DNA of 64,000 nucleotides from Capsulimonadales bacterium (GTDB lineage: Bacteria > Armatimonadota > Armatimonadia > Armatimonadales > Armatimonadaceae). The stretch is from assembly GCA_033762295.1 (NCBI GenBank), contig JANRLW010000057.1:8837-72836 (forward strand), in the 5' to 3' direction. Of the stretch, positions 33,355 to 43,131 are shown one piece after another; positions within the stretch are counted from its first letter, which is position 1; the number at the start of each line of letters is the position of its first letter. The notes under the pieces were generated by a model that ran no database searches, was not told the DNA's origin, and saw only the letters and a program-made list of their open reading frames with translations. Made by a program: the position numbers and the translations under genes.

Positions 33355-34164
33355 CTAATAGGATGGAAGATCCGTCAGAATGGGGGGAGCAGGCACGACG
33401 ATTCGGGTAACTTCCGGCTGAATCGCACCGGCGGCGACGAGGTCGTTCACTTCAATTACCATACCAAGAACGCCCGTTCGCACCCCGTTTGCATCGTAGA
33501 TTGCCTGATGGATATCCATTACCCATCGCGGTTCGGGCATGAGGAGACGATAGAGGTAGATGTATCGCTCATTCGGCGGATACGTCGCTCCAAGGGATTT
33601 CTCATAAACCAGAGGCAAATCTTCGGGAGATATGACATCGTAAAATGTCGAGGTAGCCTCTTTCATCGCCTGTGGGTCGTGGTTGAAGACTACTGCAGAG
33701 GAACTGACATAGGTATGGACAACCGGACTGAAAGACTTGAGTTCGTATACTATGGCACCCGCCATATGGCTCGCTCGCTCAAAATAACTCAAGTGATAGC
33801 TCTTTTTTTGCTCACAAACCTGTACTTCGGTCAGTTTTCTTTCGGTTTCTGAAAGTAAAGCAACCATACTCTCACGGTTACGGGCATACAATCGGTTAAG
33901 TGCATCCTGTGCCTCCTGCAACTCCCGATTTCGCAGTTCCAACTTTTCACGTAGCGATGCAATCGTGGCCGCCGTCCGATTCTTGACGCCGAGTCTCTCG
34001 CGCAAACGCTGCCAGTGCGTTTCCACAGTATGTTTGCTAATGTGGAGTATTTTGGAGATTTCCTTATCGGTATATCCCTCTGCGGCAAGTTCGACAATCT
34101 GGTCGATCCGCCGTTGAACGTTCGTTTGCTGGTCGATTTCCTCCATCAAAACGTTGCCATCCAT
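33355..34164 (-). CDS. LuxR-type HTH regulator with coiled coil and C-terminal PAS-like domain
   Basis: AAEGYTDKEISKILHISKHTVETHWQRLRERLGVKNRT; VISPEDL..YRLL..RWVMD..YDANG..GVLG. Confidence 0.85.
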   Translation of the reverse strand: MDGNVLMEEIDQQTNVQRRIDQIVELAAEGYTDKEISKILHISKHTVETHWQRLRERLGVKNRTAATIASLREKLELRNRELQEAQDALNRLYARNRESMVALLSETERKLTEVQVCEQKKSYHLSYFERASHMAGAIVYELKSFSPVVHTYVSSSAVVFNHDPQAMKEATSTFYDVISPEDLPLVYEKSLGATYPPNERYIYLYRLLMPEPRWVMDIHQAIYDANGVRTGVLGMVIEVNDLVAAGAIQPEVTRIVVPAPPILTDLPSY

Positions 34165-34342
34165 CTGTCGCTGTTTTTAGGGACATAAAGTAAATGGGTC
34201 CGATGAAAAATAGATATGGAAGAACCAATAAATTTCCACATACCCGACAAAATCAGACAAAATTTCCACTTTATATCGGTACATAGTAGCCAGCCTAAAA
34301 TACCCTATATCAATGTACCCGTATCTCACTTCACCGATACTC

Positions 34343-34631
34343 GTGTCGAATATCCCAGTCCGTGCCCGGACCCATAGGCGATCCGCATCCCATCCTGCCA
34401 TGACAAAGGCCGCCCGATCCCCCGGGCGGCCTGTTTTCCTGACGTCCCCTTACCAGCCGCGCGTGGCCAGCTTCTCGTTCTCGTCGAGCATCCGGATATC
34501 GATTCCGACCATCGGTTCGCCGAGGCCGGTGCTGATCTCGACCAGCTTGTCGAAATCGTTGTAGTAGGTCACCGCATCGACGATACGCTTCGCCCGCTCA
34601 GCCGGGTCGCCGGACTTGAAGATCCCGGAGC
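34343..34631. repeat. right direct repeat (att-like)
   Basis: Matches 28671..28959; the GT-start portion is degenerate here. Confidence 0.95.
34407..34432 (-). terminator. pdxS terminator (duplicated at 28735..28760)
   Basis: aggccgcccg...cgggcggcct followed by ttgt on minus strand. Confidence 0.75.
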
Positions 34632-35424
34632 CGACGAAGACCGCTTCCGCACCCAGGTGCATCATCAGGGCCGCATCCGCCGGGGTCGCCACGCCGCCCG
34701 CCGAGAAGTTCGGCACCGGCAGTTTGCCCTGTTCGGCGATGAAGCGCACCAGTTCGTACGGAGCCTGCAGGTTCTTCGCCTCGGTCATCAGTTCGGCCTC
34801 GTCCATCATGCGGATCTTTCGGATGCCGCCCATGACGGCGCGCATATGGCGCACGGCTTCGACCACGTTCCCCGTTCCGGCCTCGCCCTTGGTGCGGATC
34901 ATAGCCGCGCCCTCGCCGATCCGGCGCAACGCCTCGCCAAGATCGCGGCAGCCGCAGACGAACGGCACCCGAAAGTCGAGTTTGTTGATGTGGAACTGCT
35001 CGTCGGCAGGCGTCAGCACCTCGGACTCATCGATAAAGTCCACGCCCTTTTTGCCCGCGCTGTCGCGAATGGCTTCCAGAATCCGCGCCTCGGCGATATG
35101 CCCGATCCGGCACTTGGCCATCACCGGGATGGTCACCGCGTCCATGATGTCGCGGATCAGGGCGGGATCGCTCATACGCGCCACACCGCCGTGCTTCCGA
35201 ATATCGGCCGGAACCCGCTCCAGCGCCATGACCGCGACCGCGCCCGCATCCTCCGCGATCCGGGCCTGTTCGGCGGTGACGACGTCCATGATCACGCCGC
35301 CTTTCAGCATCTCGGCCAGCCCGACTTTGTTCCGCCAGGTGGATTTCTCCGGCGTTCCGTTTCCGTCGACGTGCCCGTTGAAACCGTTGGCTCCGGTCGC
35401 TGTCGTATTTTCCGCCAATTCCAT
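34450..35424 (-). CDS. pdxS: pyridoxal 5'-phosphate synthase lyase subunit
   Basis: [43 protein letters not shown]. Confidence 0.98.
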   Translation of the reverse strand: MELAENTTATGANGFNGHVDGNGTPEKSTWRNKVGLAEMLKGGVIMDVVTAEQARIAEDAGAVAVMALERVPADIRKHGGVARMSDPALIRDIMDAVTIPVMAKCRIGHIAEARILEAIRDSAGKKGVDFIDESEVLTPADEQFHINKLDFRVPFVCGCRDLGEALRRIGEGAAMIRTKGEAGTGNVVEAVRHMRAVMGGIRKIRMMDEAELMTEAKNLQAPYELVRFIAEQGKLPVPNFSAGGVATPADAALMMHLGAEAVFVGSGIFKSGDPAERAKRIVDAVTYYNDFDKLVEISTGLGEPMVGIDIRMLDENEKLATRGW

Positions 35425-35591
35425 AATCGTAGTACCTTCTAAAGTGTTTGTTATCGGACGATTTATGCAGCATGTATTCTATCGAACGGAAATTGGCCCT
35501 GCCAACTCCCGACCGTTTCTCACGTTCTCGGATGCATCTCCGGACGGTCCGTTGTATGATTTCCACAAGCCCGTTTGAAAAGGAACCGGAC

Positions 35592-36644
35592 ATGTCCCTG
35601 CCGATTGTGCGTACCGATCTTCCCCGCCTCACCGAAGAGGAAATACGACCGATTTACGAGTTCCAGCGTCGGATGGACCGGGAGCGCTCCCCGGACGACC
35701 CGAAACTGCCGTTCGAACAGATGGTCGCCTCGATCCGCAACATCCCCGCGTTCGTTGAGGTGTTCGCCTTTCTGGTGCGCGAGGGCGATGGCACCGTGGT
35801 CGCGAGCGCCGACTTCGCTTTTCTGAAAACGCCGGAGAATCAGCACATGGGGCAGTTCGGGATCAGCGTGCTTCCGCCGTATCGCCGCCGGGGAATCGGT
35901 CGCCGTCTCCTGAACGAGATCGTCACCACCGCCGAGCGGCACGAGCGCCGCCTGATGATCACGAATGCGACCGACCGGATTCCCGCAGGCGCGCGATTCC
36001 TCGAGCGGATCGGCGCGCGAATCGGTCTCGAAACACACGTCAATCAATTGAAGTTCGAGGACCTGAATCGCGGCCTGCTGCGCCGCTGGCTTGAAGAGCA
36101 TGTTTCGGAAGGCTTCACCCTCGGTTTCTGGTCCGGCCCGTATCCGGAAGAGAACCTGGAGGAGATGGTCGCTCTGAACGAACTTTTCAATCACGTGCCC
36201 CGGGGCGACCTGGATATGGAGGATTTCCGATTCACCGCCGAGCAGATCCGTCAGCAAGAGGCGTCGATGACCGCGCGCGGGGTGGAACGATGGACCTGCT
36301 TCGTCCGTGATAACGCCAACGGCAAGATCGCGGGCATCACCGAAATGCTCTGGAATCCGCACCGTCCGACGCATATCCACCAGGGGATTACCGCCGTCTG
36401 GCCGGAGTACCGCGGCAAAGGACTGGGACGGTGGCTGAAAGCCGAAATGCTGGAAAAGGTGTTGCGCGAACGACCGGCGGTGACGCTGGTCCGAACGGAG
36501 AACGCCGACGTGAACGCGCCGATGCTGAAGATCAATACCGAACTGGGGTTCCGTCCCTACCGGGCCGAATACGTCTGGCAGATCGAAACCGCCCGCGCCC
36601 GGGCCTACCTCAACGGAACCGAAGGCGGCGAAGCCGCCTCCTGA
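35592..36644 (+). CDS. tandem-GNAT acetyltransferase
   Basis: VLPPYRRRGIG and VWPEYRGKGLGRWLK; ENADVNAPMLKINTELGF. Confidence 0.9.
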   Translation: MSLPIVRTDLPRLTEEEIRPIYEFQRRMDRERSPDDPKLPFEQMVASIRNIPAFVEVFAFLVREGDGTVVASADFAFLKTPENQHMGQFGISVLPPYRRRGIGRRLLNEIVTTAERHERRLMITNATDRIPAGARFLERIGARIGLETHVNQLKFEDLNRGLLRRWLEEHVSEGFTLGFWSGPYPEENLEEMVALNELFNHVPRGDLDMEDFRFTAEQIRQQEASMTARGVERWTCFVRDNANGKIAGITEMLWNPHRPTHIHQGITAVWPEYRGKGLGRWLKAEMLEKVLRERPAVTLVRTENADVNAPMLKINTELGFRPYRAEYVWQIETARARAYLNGTEGGEAAS

Positions 36645-36662
36645 CGGAAGATCGATCAAAAA

Positions 36663-36911
36663 TCAATAGCGGTTGGGGCCGGTCGGCAAAATCTCGACAT
36701 AGCGGACCAGCGCCGAATTAATGACGACCAGACCGCCGTCCTGCGCCGGACCGAAACTGGGGGAAACCGTAAAAACATCCCGGGACAGTCGTGCTTCCAC
36801 TTCCTTGGCGACGGCAACCGGAGACTCGGCCTCGATGGTTTCGGTCACGATCTCTCCCGACGCATCGCGCATATCGCTTTCAAACCAGTACTTGACGTGA
36901 TAGGACGCCAT
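36663..36911 (-). CDS. small hypothetical protein
   Basis: 82-aa ORF with SD-like gagga and protein-like composition. Confidence 0.6.
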   Translation of the reverse strand: MASYHVKYWFESDMRDASGEIVTETIEAESPVAVAKEVEARLSRDVFTVSPSFGPAQDGGLVVINSALVRYVEILPTGPNRY

Positions 36912-37061
36912 TTGATTCCTCGCTTAGGGTATTTCCGCTTACTCTCTATTAACGCCTCGACGGGCGGTCGGCGTTCCCGAACGATTTTCTGTCGTCGCCC
37001 GGAAACGCCGTCACCCTAACATGAAATCGGCAGTTCTGTCAAGGAACGCCCTGACCGATTC

Positions 37062-38060
37062 CTATTTCACCTCGACCCAGCGGCCCTCTCGCGCCCCGGT
37101 ATAGAGGGCTTCCATGACGACGCTGCGGTAGGCCGCTTCCCGTGCTCCGACCAGTTCGCCGTCCTTGCCCTCGACGGCGGCGAAGAACGAGTCCAGCCCC
37201 GCCGGTTTTCCGGCCGGTAGCGCGTCGAAAGGCGTCGAACCGTCCGCGCCCTCCACGTGCTTGCTCTGCAGATAGAGCTGTCCGTTCAGAATCGTCGCAT
37301 GCCCTTCGGTCCCGGACACGAGCATTCCGACCGGGTTGGCGACATCGTCCCAGGCCGCCGCCAGGGTGCCGATCGTCCCGCTCTTGAATCGCATCAGCCC
37401 CTCCCCGGTTTCGTCGCAGCCCTCGTAGGCGGCGGTCCCCTGGTCCAGCTGCGCCGTCACCGCCGACACGTCGCCGAAGATCCACAGGAGAATATCCAGC
37501 GAATGCGTTCCCAGGTCGCCGAACGCCCCCACACCGGCGATGGTCGGGTCCGCCATCCAGCGCCACTCGGTATCGAACCACCGGCCCAGCGCGCCGCTAT
37601 GGCAGTTGCTGCCGCGCACCCGGGTGATCTTGCCGAACGCCCCGCGCTCGACGAGTTCCTTCAGGAAGATCAGTTTGGCGTCGCCCCGCATGAAGTAGCC
37701 GGTCTGAAACAGGACGCCCGCCTGCTCGATCGCCTCGGCCATTCGAACGGCGTCCGCGCCGCCGAAACCCAGCGGCTTCTCGACAAAGAGATGCTTCTTC
37801 GCCGCCGCCAGGGGCAGGACCAGTTCCTCGTGACGGTTGGTTTCGGAGCAGACGATGACCGCGTCGATCTCCGGGTCGCCGACGATCGCTTCGAGTTCGG
37901 TGGTTGCCGTCGCCCCCTTCAACTCGGCGGCGCGCTTCTCCGCTCGCGCCCGGTCATGATCCCAGACATACTTACAGGAAACGTTCTCCCGCTTGTTGAC
38001 ATTGTTGATAAAGCCGGGGGTGTGGATATGGGCCGCACCGACAAAGGCAATCACGCTCAT
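37062..38060 (-). CDS. Gfo/Idh/MocA oxidoreductase
   Basis: HLFVEKPL, GAFGDLGTHSLD. Confidence 0.92.
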   Translation of the reverse strand: MSVIAFVGAAHIHTPGFINNVNKRENVSCKYVWDHDRARAEKRAAELKGATATTELEAIVGDPEIDAVIVCSETNRHEELVLPLAAAKKHLFVEKPLGFGGADAVRMAEAIEQAGVLFQTGYFMRGDAKLIFLKELVERGAFGKITRVRGSNCHSGALGRWFDTEWRWMADPTIAGVGAFGDLGTHSLDILLWIFGDVSAVTAQLDQGTAAYEGCDETGEGLMRFKSGTIGTLAAAWDDVANPVGMLVSGTEGHATILNGQLYLQSKHVEGADGSTPFDALPAGKPAGLDSFFAAVEGKDGELVGAREAAYRSVVMEALYTGAREGRWVEVK

Positions 38061-38124
38061 GACAGTATCCTTCGTGAAAATGGAAATTCTCCACGAAAGA
38101 TTCGTCGACGCCGTCGCCGTTTCC

Positions 38125-38568
38125 TCAATCCAGAATGCGACGGACGAATTGCAGCAGTTCGGTCGGATTGAAGGGCTTGGTAAGATACAGGTCGGTCCCG
38201 CTGTTGTACGCCTGTGCGACGGTGATATCCTCGGCTCGCGCCGTCAGCATGATGACCGGCACCTCCGCCAGAATCTCATCCCGCCGAACCATCGCCACCA
38301 GTTCGAATCCGTCCATCTCCGGCATCATGATGTCGGTGATCAGCAGACGCGGCGGGCGATGCATCATGTTCCTTAATGCGTCCGTACCGTTGATCGCCGT
38401 CGCGACGGCGTAACCGTTCGTCCGTAAAGCGAACTCGATCTGTCGCAGAATATGCGGATCGTCCTCCACCACCTGAATATAGCCGCCCTCGGGTTCCTCC
38501 GACAGGGAGGGCATGTCCGCACTGTCCGTCGGTATCATCTCTGACCTAATCTCTCTTTCCGTCCTCAT
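38125..38568 (-). CDS. single-domain response regulator receiver
   Basis: VVEDD, TDIMMPEMDG, MLTAR, YLTKPF. Confidence 0.92.
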   Translation of the reverse strand: MRTEREIRSEMIPTDSADMPSLSEEPEGGYIQVVEDDPHILRQIEFALRTNGYAVATAINGTDALRNMMHRPPRLLITDIMMPEMDGFELVAMVRRDEILAEVPVIMLTARAEDITVAQAYNSGTDLYLTKPFNPTELLQFVRRILD

Positions 38569-38840
38569 GCGGCACGACCGTCCCCGAAACCCGTCTTGCG
38601 AAACGCCGAGATGACACCATCATCAGGAAAAAGAAGGAAAAAGGGCAGGGCGAATGGGTCAGGGATCGATATCTCATGAGTCTAGTAATTAATCTACGGA
38701 TTCATCCGAACGAGCGATCTCTTTATGTTAGTGGACCTACCTCGCTCCGTTGTTTCCGATGTGAAAAAATCCACACCCCGAAGGAATGTTTCATGCATAT
38801 GAAACAACGTCCCTCATTGTAACAAAGAAATGTCGTTCCA

Positions 38841-40235
38841 TCAACCGTCGGCGATACTCCGGAAGGTTTCGATCAGCGCCGCCTCCTCGAACTCATCGAC
38901 CGCCCGAAGATCCAGCAGATAACGCCCTTTTTCCATCCGGCCGTAGACGGGACGGTCCGCGCGGCGTAATCGTCGCGCCAGGTCGTCCGATCCTTCGCCC
39001 TCGATCGCTACCGCCCAGGACGGGAGCGACGCGCCCGGAAGGGACCCGCCGCCCACCTCGGAAAGGGTCGCGGACAGGTCGATCCGGAAGCCCGGCAGCG
39101 CCTCTCGTAACGCCCGCGCGACGCGGCCGCAGGCCGCCAGTATCTCCTCCGGCGACCGGGCAATGCGCCGCAGAACGGGGATTTCCTGCCACGGATCGCC
39201 GCTGCGGTAGATTCTCAGGGTCGCCTCCAGTCCCGCCAGAGTCAGTTTGTCCGGACGGAGCGCACGCGCCAGAGGATGCCGCTTCAAGGGTGCCAGAACG
39301 GACGTCGTTCCGATCAGGATTCCCGCCTGCGGCCCTCCCAGCAGTTTGTCCCCGGAAAACCAGATCAGGTCGGCTCCGGCGGCGACACTGTCCCGGATCA
39401 ACGGTTCGTCGCGCAGTCCGAACGGGGAAAGGTCGATCAACGCCCCGGAGCCGATATCGTCGCCCACGGTCACGCCACGCGCCCGTCCGAGGGCGATCAG
39501 TTCCTCCAGCGACGCTTCCTCGGTGAATCCGACGATCCGGTAGTTCGACGGATGCACGCGGAGCAGCATCGCCGTGCGGTCCGTCATCGCCCGTTCATAG
39601 TCGCCGATCCGGGTCCGGTTCGTGGTGCCGACCTCGACCAGACGCGCTCCCGCGCTCTCGATCACCTCCGGCAGGCGGAACTGTCCGCCGATCTCGACCA
39701 TCTGACCGCGTGACAGCACCACCTCGCGGCCACCCGCGACCCCGGCGACAGCCAGGAAAGTGGCGGCCGCATTGTTATTGACGACGTAGGCGTCCTCCGC
39801 GCCGGTAAGTTCGCAGAGGAGTCGGGCGATTCCGGCCTGCCGGGAGCCGCGCGCGCCCGTCTCCTCGTCGACTTCCAGCGACGCATGTCCGCCCGCGACG
39901 GTTTCGACGGCGGCGGCGGCGGCGGGAGCCAGTGTGGCCCGGCCGAGATTGGTATGGAGAAGCACTCCGGTCGCGTTGATGGCCGGTCGGATCGCGGGGC
40001 GGGTATCCGCCGCCGCGACCTCGCGCGCCTGTCGGACCAGCGTTTCGAAATCGATTTCGGTCCGGGGGGTCCCGGTCCCGTGCTGCCGTACCGCCCGGCG
40101 AGCGTCGGAAATCACCTGACGGGCGGCGCGGACCGCCGTCGCATGGGGAAAGGATTTCAGCGCGTCGCTCGCCGCCAGTTTTTCCACCGAGGGCAGGCCG
40201 CGCAGGGCGGCCATCACCGTTTTTTCACCAGTCAC
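38841..40235 (-). CDS. selA: L-seryl-tRNA(Sec) selenium transferase
   Basis: INATGVLLHTNLGRA, VVNNNAAA, EVGTTNRT, FSGDKLLGGPQAG. Confidence 0.96.
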   Translation of the reverse strand: MTGEKTVMAALRGLPSVEKLAASDALKSFPHATAVRAARQVISDARRAVRQHGTGTPRTEIDFETLVRQAREVAAADTRPAIRPAINATGVLLHTNLGRATLAPAAAAAVETVAGGHASLEVDEETGARGSRQAGIARLLCELTGAEDAYVVNNNAAATFLAVAGVAGGREVVLSRGQMVEIGGQFRLPEVIESAGARLVEVGTTNRTRIGDYERAMTDRTAMLLRVHPSNYRIVGFTEEASLEELIALGRARGVTVGDDIGSGALIDLSPFGLRDEPLIRDSVAAGADLIWFSGDKLLGGPQAGILIGTTSVLAPLKRHPLARALRPDKLTLAGLEATLRIYRSGDPWQEIPVLRRIARSPEEILAACGRVARALREALPGFRIDLSATLSEVGGGSLPGASLPSWAVAIEGEGSDDLARRLRRADRPVYGRMEKGRYLLDLRAVDEFEEAALIETFRSIADG

Positions 40236-40325
40236 GGATTCAGGATACCCAACCGCCTGCCCTTTCCGCCGTACGGTCTCCCCGTCCGACCGTCCGACCG
40301 TCCGACTATCTACCGGTCGACCCGA

Positions 40326-43010
40326 CTACCCGTCGCTCGGGCGGACGAGAAAGCGGAACCGACCGGGCGTCAGGGAATAGATCACGGTCCCGGCCTCACG
40401 ACCGCTTTCCGACGCCCCCTCCGCCGTCACCGTCGCGGCGTCGTCCGGCAGCGGAACATACGCGGTCGCTTGCGTGTTCGGCGGCACCGTGACGTCCCAT
40501 ATCCATTGGTCGCCTTCCTCTTTCCAGCGGCTTTCGATCCGCCCGTAGACCGAGTCCAGAGCGGCGGAAACCTCCGTCAGTGGTTTGTCGGTGGTATCGC
40601 GGTGCGGGCGGAGGACGAACCGCTTATATCCGGCGACCTCCGGGTCCAGATCGATTCCGGCCACCACCTGGTACAGCCATGAGCCGATCGCTCCGTAGGC
40701 ATAGTGGTTGAACGAGTTCATGCCGATATCCTGGAACCCCTTGTCATGGGTCCAGCCGTCCCACCGCTCCCAGATCGTGGTCGCGCCCTGGGTCACCGCA
40801 TACAGGAACGAGGGCCACTGGGTCTGGTGCAGCAGGCGGAACGCGATATCGGAACGCCCGGCCTCCGACAGAACGAACGGCAGGTACGAGGAGCCGACGA
40901 ACCCGGTCGTCATCTTCATTCCTCGCTGTCGAATATCGCGCACCAGTTCCTCGACGGCGGCGGTTCGGAGTGCGTCGGGGATCAGGTGAAAGCGCAGAGC
41001 CAGCACATACGCGGTCTGCGTCCCCGGATAGACCTTCCCGGCAGGTGTCACATACTGCCGTTGAAAGGCCGACCGTATCTCCTCGAACCGTTTTTCGTAC
41101 CGCTCCGCATCCTCGACCCGTCCGAGGACCGATGCCGCCCGGGACAGCAGGTGCGCCGAATAGGCGGCAAACGCGGTGGCGAGCAGGTCCTTCGGTGTCC
41201 CGCCCTCGGTCTTTCCAGAGCCGTCGAGCGCCAGCCAGTCGCCGAATCCCATCCAGCCCTGGTAGCCGTCGTAACAGCGGATATGATCCTTTTCGGTCGC
41301 CGCCTGGAATTCGACGAACCGCTTCATCGCCTCGTAATTCTCCTCCAGAATGCCGACATCGCCGTAGCAGCGATAGATCGTCCACGGACAGATCACTCCG
41401 GCATCCGCCCACGCCGCGCCGCCATCGGAATGGACCAGATGGATATTCGGCGCGAACGGCGGAAACTCGCCGGCCTCCGACTGAGCATCGCGCATATCCC
41501 GCATCCATTTCCGGAAGAACCCGTCGACGTCGCGATTGAAAGCGGCGGTGCGGACGAACACCTGGGCGTCGCCGGTCCACCCGAGTCGTTCGTCCCGCTG
41601 CGGGCAGTCGGTCGGGATGTCGAGATAGTTCCCGCGCAATCCCCAGTCGATATTGCTCTGCAACCGGGTGATCAGCGGGTCGGAACAGCCGAAATCGCCG
41701 GTTTGCGGGATCTCCGAGTGCAGAACGATACCGGTCAGGTCCTCCGGAACCGGTTTCTCGGTCAGACCGTAGACCTCGACGAAACGGAAGCCATGGAACG
41801 TGAACCGGGGTTCGAACACCTCGCCGTCCGGATCGCCCTTCAGCGTGTAGTAATCGGTCTGCTTCGCCGAGCGGAGGTTATCGGTGTAGATCGGGCCGGT
41901 CGTCGCCGCCGGTCCGCCTTTCAGGGTTTCCGCAAAGCGGAACCGGACCGTGTCCCCGGCCTTCCCCTTCAGCTTGAAGCGGATGGTTCCGACCATGTTC
42001 TGGCCCATATCGAAGATATAAGTGCCTGCGGGCCAGCCCCCCATAAACTGCGGCGGACCGATCGGCGTCAGTTCCTGGGTCGCCCGGACGGCGGGTCCGG
42101 TCATCGCCGAGAGTTCGATCCCCGGATCGTCGAACCGTCGGACGGCCTGCCATGCCGAATCGTCATACCCCGGAGCGGCCCAGTCGCCCAGTTCCCGACG
42201 GGCATCGTAGGTCTCGCCCATCAGCAGGTCGGCTTCCAGGATCGGCCCGAAGGTGAACTTCCAGTCCTCGCCGGTCGTCACGACCTGCATCGAACCGTCG
42301 GCCAGGGTCAGAACCAGTTGCCCCAGCAGCTTCGGACGGTCGCCATACCATTGCCGTTCGCGCCAGCCGATATGGCCACAGTACCAGCCATCGCCGAGGA
42401 CCGCGCCGATCACGTTATCGCCCTCGTTCAGCAGGTCGGTGACATCATGGACCTGGTACTGCACCCGTTTTCCGTAGTCGGTCCATCCGGGAGCCAGGTA
42501 GTTCTCCCCGACCCGCTTTCCGTTGATGTACGCCTCGTAAACGCCCAGGGCGGTGATATACAGACGCGCGGCGGTCACTCTGCCGGTCGCGAACGCCCGC
42601 CGCAGGAACGGCGCGGGCGCGGTCGTGCGGGGGCCGCCCGCCAGGGTCGCGCCGACCCATTGCGCCGTCCACTCCGACCGGGTCAAAAGACCGATCTCAA
42701 AGAACGCCGTCTCCGAGACCGTCTCCTCGCCTGTCTCATCGGTCACGGTCACATTCCAGTACGCCCGCTGACCGGAAACGAGGGGATCGCCGCAGAACGG
42801 CACGAAGACCGACTGATCGGTCATCACGGTTCCCGAATCCCACAGGTCCGCCGTCTCCGGACGATCCGGGGTCGTCGCCACCCGGATTCGAAACGCGCTC
42901 TGCTTCGCTCCGGTTCGATCCGTTTCCATCCTCCAGGAGAGCAGCGGGGTGGTGTCGCCGATCCCGAGGGGGTTTGTCAGCGCATTGCAGCGCAGATCCG
43001 TAATCTTCAT
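40326..43010 (-). CDS. alpha-L-rhamnosidase (GH78)
   Basis: PTDCPQRDERLGWTGD, GATTIWERWD, MNSFNHYAYG. Confidence 0.95.
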   Translation of the reverse strand: MKITDLRCNALTNPLGIGDTTPLLSWRMETDRTGAKQSAFRIRVATTPDRPETADLWDSGTVMTDQSVFVPFCGDPLVSGQRAYWNVTVTDETGEETVSETAFFEIGLLTRSEWTAQWVGATLAGGPRTTAPAPFLRRAFATGRVTAARLYITALGVYEAYINGKRVGENYLAPGWTDYGKRVQYQVHDVTDLLNEGDNVIGAVLGDGWYCGHIGWRERQWYGDRPKLLGQLVLTLADGSMQVVTTGEDWKFTFGPILEADLLMGETYDARRELGDWAAPGYDDSAWQAVRRFDDPGIELSAMTGPAVRATQELTPIGPPQFMGGWPAGTYIFDMGQNMVGTIRFKLKGKAGDTVRFRFAETLKGGPAATTGPIYTDNLRSAKQTDYYTLKGDPDGEVFEPRFTFHGFRFVEVYGLTEKPVPEDLTGIVLHSEIPQTGDFGCSDPLITRLQSNIDWGLRGNYLDIPTDCPQRDERLGWTGDAQVFVRTAAFNRDVDGFFRKWMRDMRDAQSEAGEFPPFAPNIHLVHSDGGAAWADAGVICPWTIYRCYGDVGILEENYEAMKRFVEFQAATEKDHIRCYDGYQGWMGFGDWLALDGSGKTEGGTPKDLLATAFAAYSAHLLSRAASVLGRVEDAERYEKRFEEIRSAFQRQYVTPAGKVYPGTQTAYVLALRFHLIPDALRTAAVEELVRDIRQRGMKMTTGFVGSSYLPFVLSEAGRSDIAFRLLHQTQWPSFLYAVTQGATTIWERWDGWTHDKGFQDIGMNSFNHYAYGAIGSWLYQVVAGIDLDPEVAGYKRFVLRPHRDTTDKPLTEVSAALDSVYGRIESRWKEEGDQWIWDVTVPPNTQATAYVPLPDDAATVTAEGASESGREAGTVIYSLTPGRFRFLVRPSDG

Positions 43011-43131
43011 CGTCTTTCCGCTCCCCGGCTTCGCCGCCGGGCCTTCCGCTCTTTTCCTCAGGTTCGCTCTCGTGTCGGAGGAACCCTGCGCCTCCTTCCC
43101 GGGGTTTTTCGCCGTCTATTTCATCGACCGC

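Larger units (their letters stand above)
28960..34342. mobile_element. genomic island inserted at the pdxS 3' end; no integrase seen
   Basis: Bounded by long direct repeats; visibly lower GC and different codon usage. Confidence 0.85.

Noticed and set aside
40282..40330. ccgtccga short tandem repeat between selA and the rhamnosidase gene
   Set aside because: About three copies of a simple repeat with no sign of function
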